Positions 49,611 through 62,149 of a stretch of 64,000 nt of DNA are shown piece after piece (within the stretch, counting starts at the first letter, position 1; each line of letters starts with the position of its first letter). This DNA comes from Hydrolagus colliei (Eukaryota), in assembly GCA_035084275.1 (NCBI GenBank), contig CM068769.1, forward strand, positions 930,001 to 994,000, in the 5' to 3' direction. The translations under genes and the position numbers were made by a program. The notes beneath the pieces are model-generated. The model searched no databases. It was not told where the DNA came from and saw nothing but the letters and a program-made list of their open reading frames with translations.

Positions 49611-50349
49611 GTGTCCAAACGATGAATCAATTCATTCGATGGGAGCAGTTGAGATGATTGGTTGTGTCGGATTTGTGCTTGGAAGCAGAGTGATACGCCT
49701 CTGTATCAGATGACAGTAGTTTCAAACCCCACCACCTGATTTGTGAACTCTGTTTGATGAGTTGACGAACCAACCCCTTGGGACGTACAACTACCAACCT
49801 AAATTGCTTCTTGTTGTTCTAACGCAATGCTGGCAGTTTAGTGCATTGTGAAATACTATAGTATATAATACTAATCAGATCACAAGCGAGACCCAAAGTA
49901 GTGCACTTTAATTACTTTTTGTGGTGGAACATTTTGCTAATAATAGCAATAATAACAATCCCTTTTCTTATTAATAGTATAGAACCCTAATCCTAACGCT
50001 AATATGATTATTATATCAATAATAATCCAACTTTTATGATCGTGATTTATTAATGGATTATAATTTGGCGTGTGTGTGGAGTAAGGAAACTTACCCAAAC
50101 TTTCGCTATGATTTGCCTGGATTCGATCACATGTCTAACTCTTGTAAGGAAAGTGTTCTAACCACCGAGATACAGAAGCTCCACTGTTTCAGAATGAAAC
50201 GTGATAGGTTATCTTAGACGCAGCTCATGTGATGTGTGTCTTTATTGCGCCATGTGCTGCTGGATTAGATCTACAATATCTTTACAATTGTAGACATTTG
50301 AAAGCAAACTTGGTTGAACTGTCCTAACATTTGACTGCGATGTGCACTA

Positions 50350-50690
50350 CTGTTTAAAGCACAATTGGTAGACAGGGGAGTCTGACAGCATTCCCCAGAA
50401 ACCATAATCGTTGATGCTTTTTATGTGATAGAGTAAGTATTATATGTACTAATAATCGTTGCCTTTGAGAATTTGTCATATCACAATTTAAGTCGCTTTG
50501 AAGAGATTTAGAACAGGAGAATGTAATTGAATTAACTTCATATTGTGTGGACGAAAAACGGTAGAAAACGTGGTAAGTCGCTTTGAAGAGATTTAGAACA
50601 GGAGAATGTAATTGAATTAACTTCATATTGTGTGGACGAAAAACGGTAGAAAGGCATCAGTATCCTCATTCTCTGAGTGACCAATTTAAT
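50350..50690 (-). pseudogene. Heavily decayed V-like segment with an internal 85-bp tandem duplication
   Basis: Frame-corrected pieces EVNSITFSC and SDSPVY(H)CAL; RSS not recognisable. The duplicated unit starts at 50491 and 50576. Confidence 0.4.
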
Positions 50691-51029
50691 ATTAGTTTGA
50701 GGCAATCACTTATTATTACTTTATGTTGTCTTATAGCTCATTCCATAGAGCACACGCATTTGAAGCAAGAAAAGTGACTTCACTTCTAGACAAGGGGAAA
50801 GGTTTGTGAAGTTTCCCCTTGTCTAGAAGTCATTTGATAATCATACAATGATACTATTTGTTGAATTATTGAAAGAAAGTGATTAATTGGTTGTTGTTGT
50901 CCGAATTTGCTGCACAGAACCTGCTATCAAGCTAATTACAGAGTATTATTGTGGGCGATACAACACAACCAAACATGCCCAGCAGTGTTTCACACAAAAC
51001 CGTGATTAAGTAGCAATATAAATAAGAAC

Positions 51030-51310
51030 AATAATCCTTGTGTTTGATACTGCGCTTTTCACGTCATCTAGACCTCTCAAAGCGCTTCACAGACTTTACT
51101 GCAAAGTGAATTGAACGTACATTATTGGGCGAAACGCGGCATAAGTTTGCGCACAAACAGTGTCCCCACAAACATTCGTGATTGAAATGACCAAATTTTA
51201 GTCTTGCGTGATTATTGGGGGGAAGGATTATTGATAGGCGTATGGAGTACAGTTACTTGCCTAATGTTTCGCCTTGAAACTCTTGGATTCGAACACAAGT
51301 CTCACCCTTG
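51030..51310 (-). mobile_element. tRNA-derived SINE
   Basis: Reverse of the family body and tail. Confidence 0.7.
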
Positions 51311-51663
51311 TATCTCAAGATCCCCAATCACTCGGCTACTTTTAGTACATTTTTCCTTGTATTATTATGGAAACTTTTTGTTTCAGTGTGTACTGTCCTC
51401 CGCAAACTTTACGAACAAATCCACTGAAAAGTGTTTGAGTGGATAATATATAATTATTGCTGTTTTAATCCGGCAGATGAAGTAAGGGTAGTCCTACTTA
51501 CCGCAGGTAAACTTGCCAAATGGTACCCCCTGCCCAGAAATTAAACTCAGTTTCTCTCGCGTGTGAGCCAAGGACATTTATCGATTGGCTAAAGGCTTCC
51601 GGCAACTGTTAATGTGCAGGTGGCAATCAATAGCAATAGTATCTCAACCCAACACGACCTCAC

Positions 51664-51709
51664 CTGAAATAAGGTTTGCCAGCATTAGACAGACAGACAA
51701 TAGCCCCAC
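51664..51709 (-). pseudogene. Family-1-like leader exon with ATG>GTG
   Basis: 46-nt exon GTG GGG CTA TTG TCT GTC TGT CTA ATG CTG GCA AAC CTT ATT TCA G|GTGAGGTCG, homologous to the leader at 36192-36237; a perfect CRE TGACGTCA lies at 51812-51819. Confidence 0.7.
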
Positions 51710-52849
51710 TATTGGTCTCCAGCCTCTGTGGTTATGTCTACGGCATCAGATGGCTGATATCCCACAATGCTTGTCGTCACTGGCAGAGCACATATTCTCA
51801 CGTCACCTGATTGACGTCACAGAAACGTTACAATAAACAACAATCAAATGGACTGATTCAGCGCCAATCGCTGGAGGAGCGAAACCTTCCACTCTGATCC
51901 AGATAACAACACAAACAAAGCCCTGATGTGCAGGCTGGTCATTTTATTAACACCATAACATTCTTTCCATTTCTGAAAGCACCTTTTTCGTCGACAATAT
52001 ACCACGAAGTGCAAAAGAGTCAGTTAAATAGAGTTCACAGAATCATAGATTCATACAATGCTACGGCGCAAAAGGAGGCTATTCGTCCCATCTATTCTGT
52101 GTCGTCTCTTTGACCAGCACAATTCAATCCGACTGCCCTGCTTTCTCCCCTTAACCTAACAGACCTGCTCTTGCTAATTAACGATCTCGTACCCTTTGAA
52201 AAGCTGTTATTGAACCGGCCTCCACCACCTTTATAAGCAATGCATTCCAGATTCGAACAACCCGCTGAGAGAAAAAAACTCTCCTCATCTCCCCTCTTCC
52301 TCATGCCCGGGGACGTCCGCCCGACGTGAAAGGCGCTTTGTGAATGTACTTTTGTTGTTGCTTACTCAATATTGTGTGAGCGAATCACGAGACCAATTAT
52401 GCACAGCAGTCTCCGGCGAACAATCGTGGATTGACCGATGGCCAACAAATGACCGATTTATTATCATTGTTTTTTGAAGGAATTACTTCATACGGAAATG
52501 CCTTTCCACCTATCGACAGGTAAACATATTTTCGTAGAGTACGGAAACTTGCCTAGTATTTCACTCCCGTGGAAATCGAACCTAAGACTCTCATTCGCGA
52601 ACCAATTCCTTTTTTCCCCGCTACTGTTGCGTGAGTGGTTGAGCTTCGCTGCCCCCATCGGATCATCGATGGTTTGTTTGACTGTAGGACGATACCTCAA
52701 TGTATTTGACACTTTCTGTCGTTGTCTCATTTCCAATAGGCAGGCGCTGTGCAATCTGCAAAGAACTTATTAGAAACCTACTGGACACAGTTCGTTTGTG
52801 TTGCAGTTTCTGATTGTTTCCCAGAACGAATTTCTCTCTCCTCCAGTTG

Positions 52850-53150
52850 TCTTCAATCCTCCGGTTCTGGTCTCCTCCTTGTCCCCCGATTCCTCCGCTC
52901 CACCATTCTCGGCCGAGACTTCAGTCAATACGCTCCGAAGCTGTGGAAATCGCTGTGATTCACCCCGCTCTCTTCCCCTTTTCAGGTATCAGCTGAAGAC
53001 CGTTCTTTTCGACCGCGCATTCGATCAACTTTCTCCCCCTGCCTTGGCTCGGGCCCGGGATCAGTTGTTGCAAAGCACTCTGAGTGCGCTTTTGATGGCG
53101 CCCCCAGCGTGGAGGGCGCTTTACAAATCGAAGTTACTTTTGTTATTACT
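52850..53150 (+). mobile_element. L2 LINE 3' fragment
   Basis: GRDFSQYAPKLWKSL...FRYQLKTVLFDRAF plus tail. Confidence 0.75.
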
Positions 53151-54169
53151 TGAAACAGGAAGCGGCTTTCAAAGCTGCCAAAGAAGTCAGTTACTGAAAG
53201 CAACTTTGGCAAATTAAGTGATGTGTTGTGAACGTATCATTGCTGCGTCATCTGCTGGTTGACTATAGCTACAACAATTCTAAAATTGGTGACATTTCTG
53301 TTCAATGTTACCAATCCTGTTGATGAATCAACTTTGAGTTTTTTTAGAAAAACAAATATTTTCGTCTTATTTAAACACATGTTCGTATAACGGGACCCCC
53401 GGGAAGCACAAGGTTATTTACATGTGAGGAACAATATTGTGTGTAATAACATTAATAATCCCGCATTTCAAATCGTTCAATTTCTCAAGTTTTATTTAAA
53501 GTGGCCTCACATTGCTGTCAGAAGATTGTATTGACAATGAATTGACTTCGGCACTTCTGAGTTCCATTGGTTTGAGTGACCCATTCAACAATTGTGCAGT
53601 AATAATTTTAAACAAACATTAGTTTTGAAGCGTGTATTGTCCCAGTAAACTGAAATGCCAAGCGACTACCAAGTGAGTTGCTTGGTTTTAGAACAGAGGC
53701 ATGTGTGTTAACGAAAGAATGTTTTTCTCTACCATGACTGAACCCAGGTATTCTCATTTGCAAGGCAATCACTTACCGCTGAGACAAAGGCCCCATTATT
53801 TGGGACTCTGTACGGCACAAATGCTGATCTGCTGCCAACTATGGAAAATAATTGAGAAAGTGTTGCGTCACTGTGCAGTGTACATGATATCAGGTGAAGT
53901 GTAAGTGAACGTATTTTTCAGGCAATTTCACAGCGAATGCACTTGATGGCACATTCAATGTAGTACATTGAGGCGTCTCGCAGCCGTGATAAGGTTCTGT
54001 GTCAAATAAAATAATTATTATTATTATTAATTCCACTCTTACTCGACATGAACTACTCTATCACTTCTTCTGCTTGTGGTTGTAAATCAGTCACGTATTT
54101 CTGCTGAGTCACAGCGGTAGAGTCAACAGATTGTCAATCAAAATTCAGGGCAAAATTCAGTCCAGGCTT

Positions 54170-54310
54170 CTTTGCTGAGATTAAACCATTTCTCTCCTCA
54201 TAGCAGGTTAATGTAAAGTGGGCCAGGCTGACAGCATTCTGGTTGTAACATGGCTTGTGTGATCGCTTGGTAACACGTGGTGGTGTTAAAAGCAGCCAAA
54301 TTGACAGTCA
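54170..54310 (-). pseudogene. Family-3 V 3' remnant
   Basis: ACC ACG TGT TAC CAA GCG ATC ACA and the downstream ACATTAACC..gagga..aatggtttaatctcagca align with family-3 V ends and flanks. Confidence 0.45.
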
Positions 54311-54492
54311 ATCTCTTCAGATTGTAACGTATAATTTCGTGAGAGGTTAGCTGAAAAGCTGATGGGAGGGGAATGTGGTTTCCTCTGAGTCTTGCTGCTG
54401 AAGTGACTGCTCCACGCAGGGCCTCAAGGGCTGACCAAGATTCCGCTCAGATTTCAATCAGACGGATCGTCCCCCATGTACAAAATGAAGAC

Positions 54493-55986
54493 AGTTTTTG
54501 TAATAGCCCTGCAGTGCAGTCAACCACAGTGGAGAGACTAAAGGCACAGTGATACACTGCGCTGGCATATACCAGCAGCTCAGAGATGGATAACCTGGTG
54601 GAAAAACTAAATGTCTGTAGTTGAAGTGAGAAGCGGTTTCCAAATCCTGTGCTTTTACTGGATTGCCACCCGTAGGATATCTCCGGAATTCAAAATCTGG
54701 GTGTTTGACTGGGTAATGTCTGTACCAGAAGAGATAGTAACTTTTTGCAGTGGTGTAGTACGTGCAAAACATATCGACATTATTTCCTTCTTTCTTAACC
54801 ACCATGGCAGCTTTCTAACGGACAGAAGAGTTCTGTATTAACCGAGTTATGTATTAAACGAGAGAAAGCATAGCTAAACATTCATAGAATCATAAAATCT
54901 TAAGGCATTACAGAGGCCATTCAGACCATCGTGTCTGTGCCGACTTTTTGAAAAGAGCAATTCAATCCCATTCCACATTTCTCTCTCCCTCCCCATAACT
55001 GTGCTAAACTGTCCTCCACAATCAAACATCTTCCTCTCTTTTAAAATATACTTTTGCATCGTCCTCCCAACCGTTTCAGGCAATGCATTCCAGATCACAA
55101 CAACAACAAATTACATTTATAGAGCGCCTTTCACGTCGGGAGAACGTCCCAAGACGCTGCACAGGAAGCGTGTGACCCGAGCTGGGAGGGGAGTGTTTGC
55201 GAAGGGGTGATGCACGAAGGGGGGGTAAAAGAGTTCGGGTTGGAACAAAAGGCACGATCGAAGAGGAAAGTCTTCAAACCGGCGTTGAAAGAGGAAAGGG
55301 AAGAGACGAAACGGAGGGATTGAGGGATGCCATTCCATAGGTTGGGAGCGGAGAAACTGAAGGCCCGGCCTCCGATGGTGGGGCGGTTCGGGCGGGGGGC
55401 TTGGAGCAGGCCAAGTCCTGTTGAACGGAGGGTCCGGGTGGGCGTGTAGGGGGAGAGTAGATCGGTTCAATAGGGAGGGGCAAGGCCGTGTAAGGCCTTG
55501 TAGGTGTGCCCGAGGATCTTGAACTCGATCCTCTGGAGGATGGGGAGCCAGTGGAGACGGGCAAGGGTGGGGGTCATGTGGTCGCGGAGGCGGGTGCGGA
55601 ATAGTACACGGGCTTCCGAGTTTTGGATGGCCTGTAGCCTGTGAATGGAGGAACTGGGAAGGCCGACGAGGAGAGAATTTCCGTAGTCCAGCCGTGAGGT
55701 GATGTATGCATGCACGAGTGTTTCGGCAGCGCGGGGGTTAAGATATTTGCGGATGAATGACAACGCGATGAATGAAAAAACGTTTCCTTAACTCCCCTCT
55801 ACTTCTTTTGGAAACGATTACATCATCTCAATTGCGGACTGATTGCTCTGTCCACTCAGATACATGTCTCTCTCCAACAATTGTTGTTGAAATGGAGTTG
55901 ACAATCAGCAGCGACACTGAATTAGCTCAACTCGACTTCACCTGCTGTAAAGGTACCAGTACTGGACAGACAGCATATAGCCTCAT
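54493..55986 (-). pseudogene. TCR V pseudogene (family 1); leader 55942-55986, V exon 54532-54832
   Basis: 45-nt (frameshifted) leader and indels in the V exon; MFCTY, FWYRHYP and VYHCAFSL remain; CACTGTG, 23 nt, ACAAAAACT. Confidence 0.9.
55085..55750 (-). mobile_element. L2 LINE 3' fragment in a V intron
   Basis: ITSRLDYGNSLL...LHWLPILQRIEFK; closely similar to 39901-40467. Confidence 0.88.
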
Positions 55987-56826
55987 TGCTGCTCCTCAGC
56001 CTTCGCTGTAGTGTCTGTGACATCAGTTTGCTGGGAACCAACATTAATATGCGTCTCGGCAGATCCCACAGTCCCACGTCCCCTCATTGACATACCAATT
56101 GCTTTTACATTGTGCAATACACAATTACGGTCTGTGTTAGTGTGGCGGGGTTCGCTGGGGTGGTGGGCGGGTCGGAGGTGGGTAGCAGGGAATCCTCCCA
56201 CTCAGTTCCTGGAAACCTTACAATCAAACCTTACAAATATACAGTCAATTCACTTCACACTATATATTCCGTGAAGCGCTTTGAGACGTCGATAAACTGT
56301 GAAAAGCGCTATCTTGCCGTTATAATCAAATGCAAGTATTATTCATACTGTTCTAATCCAACATGATCGTCATGAATTTCGGATTAGTTTACATATACAC
56401 AAATGGATAGAACGTTATTATTTTCACTCCAAGTATTATTTTCTACTAATTCAAACACATCCTCCATCGTATAGTTCAATACGTGCGGTTAGCACTTTTA
56501 ATTGGATTTCTAAAAGTTGTAAAATTACATTTTTGATCCATTCCAAGATCTTCATGTATCTTCAGTGTTGATTCGTGAATTAGTTATTTCCTGAAAGATC
56601 ATTGTTATATTAATAATCATTTCCTTTGTTATATTGTGTATAAATAATTCCCTACATAGATTCATAGATTCATGAAGCCATGTGATTTGCTATAGCCCTT
56701 GTACTATTGCATGTGGTTGGGAATTAATCACGTGAGACTTGTGAGAGACACAGCAGCAAAGTCAAATGGGTCAACTGAGAGGAATGACATCTGTGCTGTG
56801 ATTAAACTCATTAACTCCTCTTTGTA

Positions 56827-57314
56827 GGATTATGTACGGTGGTGTAGGCTGAACCTAACAATGTGTAAGTGATGCCAAAATAGTATATTGCTGCATCAGA
56901 TAGAGCCGCAGCCAGCACAGTTACACTGGATGTCTTGCTGCTCGTGTCCAAACTAGTGGTAAAAAGATCTTCAGCAAATTCAGCTCTGAAAGTAGCCCCA
57001 TCATAATCATGTCTCAGTGTGTACAGAGGAGGCCGGCCTGGATACTGATGGTACCAGTACATTAAAACATTGGTGAAACCAGCAGAGTACGTCCATGTCA
57101 GGGTCACAGTCTCGCCTTCAGTGACAGACACTTACTTCCCTCTGTGATGGTTCAATATTATTCCCATTCGCTGTCGCTGTAGCCAGAGAGAACACGTTAT
57201 TCACTGTAACGCACACAACATAGATAAATCTCCAAATAGATTTCAGAACGAGAGAAAATTTCTTACATAAAAGGACCAATAACAGTAAAATGATCAAATG
57301 TGTTTACTCTCCAT
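56827..57314 (-). pseudogene. TCR V pseudogene (family 3); leader 57267-57314, V exon 56866-57176
   Basis: Leader deletion with a stop, 4-bp duplication frameshift, TLTWTY (Cys>Trp) and YYF (Cys>Phe); CACATTG, 23 nt, ACATAATCC. Confidence 0.9.
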
Positions 57315-57749
57315 GTTTCCAAGCGAGCAAGTAATTCGATGGCAGCTGTTCGAGATGAGAGATTGTGCCCTGCTTTGTGACTCAAAGCAGAGTGAGGAGC
57401 ACTGTGGACCACAGCACTGACGGATAGGCCTCTGTGTCAGATGACTACAGTTTAAAACCCCACCACCGTATTTGTGAAACCTAACTTGTCAGATGACGCT
57501 CCAAATGTTTCTGACGTAGAATCAACAATGAAAAATTATTCTTGTTGTTCTGATGGAATGCTGCCAGGTTACTGTTATGATTGAAGTATGATTTTGCTGC
57601 TCGACTTCATCCTTTCCCGACCCCTCCCACCGTGTTCTTGTCTCTACTCAACTGCACATCCCCTTGGGACTGTCCTCTCGACGTGTAAGGCGCTATATAA
57701 ATGATTTACTAAATTCCAAAGTCCTACAGATCAGTGGTTAAAATAATCA

Positions 57750-58070
57750 TATCACAAGCGAGACCCAACGTAGTGTAAGTAATTTGTTTGATAGAAACAT
57801 TGTGGTAATAACAAATATATTCCTTGCGTTTGACATAGCGCCTTTCACAACTTTCGAAAGCATAAAAAGCGCTTCACGCAACGTACTGTTAAGTGAATTG
57901 ACTGTACAGTTGTGAGCGAAACGCGGCAGCCAATTGCACACAACAGCGTCCCACACAAACAGTCAAGGATTGAAATGTATAATTTTATTATTGCATTATC
58001 TTTGGTGGCATTACTAATAGCTGTCTGGAGTAAAGAAAATTGACCAAGGTTTCGCCCTCACCTACCTGGA
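57750..58070 (-). mobile_element. tRNA-derived SINE
   Basis: Reverse of the family body and tail. Confidence 0.65.
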
Positions 58071-58901
58071 TTCAATCAATCAATGAATCAATCAAAACTT
58101 ATATTTCTACAGCGTCTTTCACGTCAAGAGGACGCCGCAATGCGCTGTACACTTAGGTAGGGACAAGAGTAGGGGAAGTGGACTCGGCGCAGAATGAAGA
58201 AGAGTAGGAAATTTGACTTTATGTGGACGAAACGTGTCAACAAAATTGTGCAAAGCAGTGTCCCATAACAGTAATTGAATTGGGACTAAGGAAAAGGGCG
58301 GCAATATGGCAAGAGGAGGTGTTTGAAGGGGAAACGAGAGTAGGAAAGCCGAATGTATACTTGTGGGCGAAACGTGGCAGCATATTGCACTCAGAAGTGT
58401 CCCACAAACAGGTGGAGAAATGGGGTCAGGCGTTAAAGGGTTAAAGAGGGAAAGGAGGGAGAAGGAGGGAAAGCTGGGGTGTGGAACGCTCAGGGAGCAA
58501 GAGGGGGGAGAAAAAGGGCGTAAGGGATCGAGGGAGCGAAAGTTGGGTGTGTGGTAAGATCAAGGAGAAATTGGGTTCAGAGAGTAGAGGGAGGGAAGGG
58601 GAAAAGACGGGACAACACAGGTCTCACACTTGTAAGGCGAGTTCTACAAACATTGAGTTCCACAATATTTCTTGTGACTGAAAGGCAATGAAATACATCT
58701 AGTGCAGATTGCATTTTGATCAACAAATGCCTTGTGTTAATCAGTTTATTGATAAAGCTTTGTGCAACTCGGATCAAGCAGCAATAATGTATGTGAGGGA
58801 AGCAATGCCAACTGTAACAGGAAACACCCGTGTTAGCTGCCAATGATGTTATATACAGAAAAGCACTGGCAGTTGCATCTGATGTTATACGTGTGTTTAC
58901 T

Positions 58902-58915
58902 TCGCCACCTGGTGG
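58902..58915 (-). promoter_or_regulatory. Putative CTCF site
   Basis: CCACCAGGTGGCGA matches the CTCF core consensus, with an upstream CTGCA. Confidence 0.55.
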
Positions 58916-59959
58916 TGGTTTGCAGATACAGCAGGTTTACAATGGTGACATTTGAAAGCAAATTGTTTCAGGACTGTCTTGAATTCTCTCGTCGTTTCTC
59001 CTCCCGTGGATGGATATACCTTCGTCTCGTTCTCTGTTTGTTTCTCATGTTTTCCCAGCTTTACTAGATAATGGGACGCTAATTTAATCCACAATCTCTT
59101 GGCGCATATGCGCTCACAATTGCGCCATACACCATCCCCTCCCAACCCACTCACCCGCCCCCCACACCTCTCCCGCACCACCTATCCACCTACCACACCC
59201 ACCACACCCACAAATTTAAGTTAATTATTTGACTATTTCCTGTAACTGATTATAATATTTGACTGAACACTGAGTTCACATTGGTCATGTTACAGAATCG
59301 CAACAAACATTTTACATTTATAAAGAATCTTTCCCATTGGGAGGTGTTCCAAATATACTTTACTCTCCTGGCAAATTATGTATTATACGGTAATATCGAA
59401 ATAAGCAAACTATTCGCATTATTCTGTTTTACATCACTACTACAATTTGTATTCTCTCTTTCCTGCATCGCCAAATGGTAGCATTGTGTGTTTAGTGTGG
59501 ACTTTGAATCCAGGCTTTACTTGAACCGGTTATGCGTGGGCAACGTGAACTGAGTTAGTCAGTAATCCATGCCTCATTCGCAGAATATTCCGAATCTCAT
59601 ATTTTGGACTGCTCCTGGATTATGTTCATGTTGCGGCTTTAGCTACAACCAGTCTTCAAGCGACGCATGTTGTTTGTCACTGTGAATAAAACTGGGAAAT
59701 AAGCTTTGCAAATTGCCACTAAATTCATCCCTCTTGCCCCCCCACCCCACCCCTCTCAATTACCTCTCCTCATATTCGCCATAAAAATCGTACTAAACGG
59801 CAATTCCTCCTGTCAGCCGATAGTTCTGGAACAAGCTCCGTCACTGATTATCACTGTAGAACACTGTCCAATACGATAAGGGCTTAATGGAAACAGGAGA
59901 AGGCCATTCAACACCCCGCAGACAGTTCAGAGATTCTGCGGAACGTTGAAAACTCCGTG

Positions 59960-60420
59960 AACTCATCTCCCCACATCCTCGAACGACTCCCTTGGCTTCC
60001 CATCATCCAGAGGATCCAATTCAAGACCTTGGTCCTCACAGATGAAGCCCTCCACAGCCTCGCCGCACCCTACATCAGTGAACTTTTAACCTCTTACCTA
60101 CATGCCTGCACCTCCGATCAGCAGCCACTCGCCTGCTCCACGTCTCCCTAACCACCTGCCCAATCCCTGGCGAAAGGGCAAGGCTTCAGTCACACTGCCT
60201 TCATCTTCCATTGTGCCGTCTCTCTGCCTCGCCCCCTTCCTGTCCTACTTCAAGTCTCGACTCAACACTCTCCTCTTCAATGGACCCACCGCAACACAAT
60301 GTTAGCCACACCACCTCCCCCCACCACGCCACAGGTCCCCAGCTCAGTATGGATATCGAGCGTCTCGGGACGTCGTCGTGACGTGAATGGCGCAACACAA
60401 ATGTAATTTTGTTATTGTTG
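59960..60420 (+). mobile_element. L2 LINE 3' fragment
   Basis: LPWLPIIQRIQFKTLVLT is the L2 C-terminus, followed by the tail; paralogous to about 37865-38180. Confidence 0.7.
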
Positions 60421-61424
60421 TTACACTGGGGCTGAACTGTACCTGAACTTAAATTATCTTTATTTAACTCATATTCCACCATGCCTTAACAAATATCGAT
60501 TGCCCTCAGTTTGGAAAATGAAATGAATCCAGCATCCAAAGCCTTTTGGGAAGAGGGCTCCAGAATTCAACTACCATTTGCTTGAAATAAATGCATCCCG
60601 ATTTTTCTGCCAACGATTGCTATCAAGCCTTTAAATTTAACATAAAGCCCACATCAGCCATTTTGCCCCCAACCTCCGGAATGTACCTTTGCCTCGCCGC
60701 ATCACTGGCTTTCTTCAAGACTTGCCTCAAGACTCTCCACTTCAATGGACCCATCAGCAAATCCTTATCCCTCCCTACCGCTCCCCCCTCCTCGTCCTCA
60801 GCTCGGGTCTGAAGCAGTAAATGCCCAGCGCCTTGAGACGTCATCCTGACGTGAGAGGCGTTATGGACATGTAAACTTGTTGTTAATCTCCTATTACCTC
60901 CACTCACTGGTGGAAAGTTTCTCTGACACTATAGCACTTAAGTTATATTTAAACAACATAAACGTAGCTTGTTGATTTTTCATATTTGCTACTTATTAAA
61001 TTACCACAGAAAAGCACGTGCATGTGACAGTGCTCCCCATAAAACAACTGAGTAAATTTATTAACAATTATTCTAATTCATGTAATATGAAATACACAGC
61101 AACTCATTACATATTGAGTGGGAGAACCAACACAGCAAACCAGTTTTCAATGGTTTGAATGACCAATTTGTTGATGGTTGTACAGTCGTCATATTTCGAA
61201 ATAGTTATTTTAATTTTATTAACGGACGAGTAACGCTAAGAAATAAGAAGCCAATCGACATCCAAGCGGGTTACTAGGTAACGCGAGGCAAACGGAGGCG
61301 TGTGGGTGAAACAAAGAATGTTTGTGTACAGTACAGCATGTTTTGCTCTGCAATGAATCTAACCCAGGTGCGCTTGCTTGCAAAGCAAATGCTGTAAACA
61401 CTGAGCTGCAGGTCTCAGCATGTG

Positions 61425-62149
61425 GGTTTTTGTACGGCAGGAACACTGATCTGTGCCGCTGTGGGGCTCAGAGCACAGTAATATACAGCAGAGTCTTTCA
61501 CTGTCACTAGTGATATATTCAATGGCACGGTTCGCCGCGCTTTATCCAAGTTAGTTGAGAAATGTTCTTTTGCAAATTCTGCAGGATATTCTTTGTTGTT
61601 GCTGGTGTATACGTAAAGGATATATTCTGGAGCTTTGTTGGGATAGTGACGGTACCAGAATATATATGGAGAGTTGCTGCTTGTAGCTGTATAATTACAC
61701 TGCAGATATGCATATTCTCCTTCACTCACTGTCACAGTAGATTGGAGCTGTGTCACAGAGTCTCCTCCACAAAACCCTGGAAACAAAAAAATACATAATC
61801 ATTTAACACAAGAGCAAAAATTCCAATTGTCCCCTTGTGTTCCACACGGCACCTTGTGGAGTCTTTGATATGTCTCCAATGAATTCACAGAATTAAACTT
61901 GCAAAAAACAATGTTGTGTGTGTAACATTTCGCTCTGTCCTGCCAGGGAATCGAACGATGATCCGCCCGGCTGTGAAGCCAGTCGTATGAACACTGAAAT
62001 AATGTACACTCCTACTTCTCAAGCTCTTTCTGTATCATTATGTACCTTATGCGATAAAATGTAGGCATTGGTTAATACTTTCGGAAAAAAATACAGATAG
62101 AATGCTTACCTAATAAGACGACGATGGCTACTGCTACATAGATGTACAT
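61425..62149 (-). CDS. Open TCR alpha/delta-type V segment (family 2); leader 62110-62149, V exon 61464-61776, RSS 61425-61463
   Basis: MYIYVAVAIVVLL-GFCGGDSVTQ...LQCNY...FWYRHYP...DSAVYYCALS; CACAGCG, 23 nt, ACAAAAACC. Confidence 0.94.

Noticed and set aside
53845-53900. Isolated CACAGTG heptamer on the minus strand
   Set aside because: No nonamer at 12 or 23 nt and no YYC-type coding end.
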